This document shows positions 63,981 through 64,000 of a DNA stretch of 64,000 nucleotides, piece by piece (the first letter of the stretch is position 1; each line of letters opens with the position of its first letter). The position numbers and the translations under genes are program-made. This stretch comes from a virus (lineage: Duplodnaviria > Heunggongvirae > Uroviricota > Caudoviricetes). Under the pieces are notes generated by a model, which saw only the letters and a program-made list of their open reading frames with translations, had not been told where the DNA came from and made no database searches. The stretch is from positions 1-64,000 of IMG/VR virus record IMGVR_UViG_2795385681_000001, one strand, 5' to 3'.

Positions 63981-64000
63981 GCCCGCCGACTCAGCGGTCG

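Overview
This window looks like a high-GC, temperate siphovirus of a mycolic-acid-containing actinobacterium, judged from the Lysin B esterase, two WhiB genes, a serine integrase and a glycine-rich minor tail protein.

- **1-7150, + strand:** about 22 small early genes. About ten of them are preceded by a conserved 60-80 bp intergenic cassette. The arm ends in tandem terminators.
- **7218-8609:** a large serine integrase.
- **8690-38100, - strand:** a long block of metabolism and replication genes. It includes a metallophosphoesterase, five HNH endonucleases, a peptidyl-tRNA hydrolase (Pth2), RtcB, an ArfB-like GGQ factor, SPFH, a phosphatase, a DnaQ-like exonuclease, three MSYT paralogs, two WhiB, DnaB, SSB, ClpP, a RecB-like exonuclease and an ERF annealing protein. 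Embedded in it at 13190-19135 is a ~6 kb minus-strand tRNA array with at least 26 tRNAs and a tmRNA whose tag is ANAHQSDYVLAA.
- **38100-38870:** a gene-poor divergent regulatory hub.
- **38870-44131, + strand:** an operon including a pol-beta-type nucleotidyltransferase, an HTH protein and a low-GC three-gene envelope moron.
- **44217-64000, - strand:** lysis genes (NrdH, LysB, holin, LysA) and tail genes (minor tails, a 1909-aa tape measure, G/GT chaperones, major tail).

Two repeated signals run through the window: the early intergenic cassette, and a 14-bp motif GGTTCATGTGGGTA found about 11 times in both orientations at gene boundaries.

All coordinates and anticodons were derived by hand from the sequence. 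The tRNA calls in particular need confirmation with tRNAscan-SE or ARAGORN.
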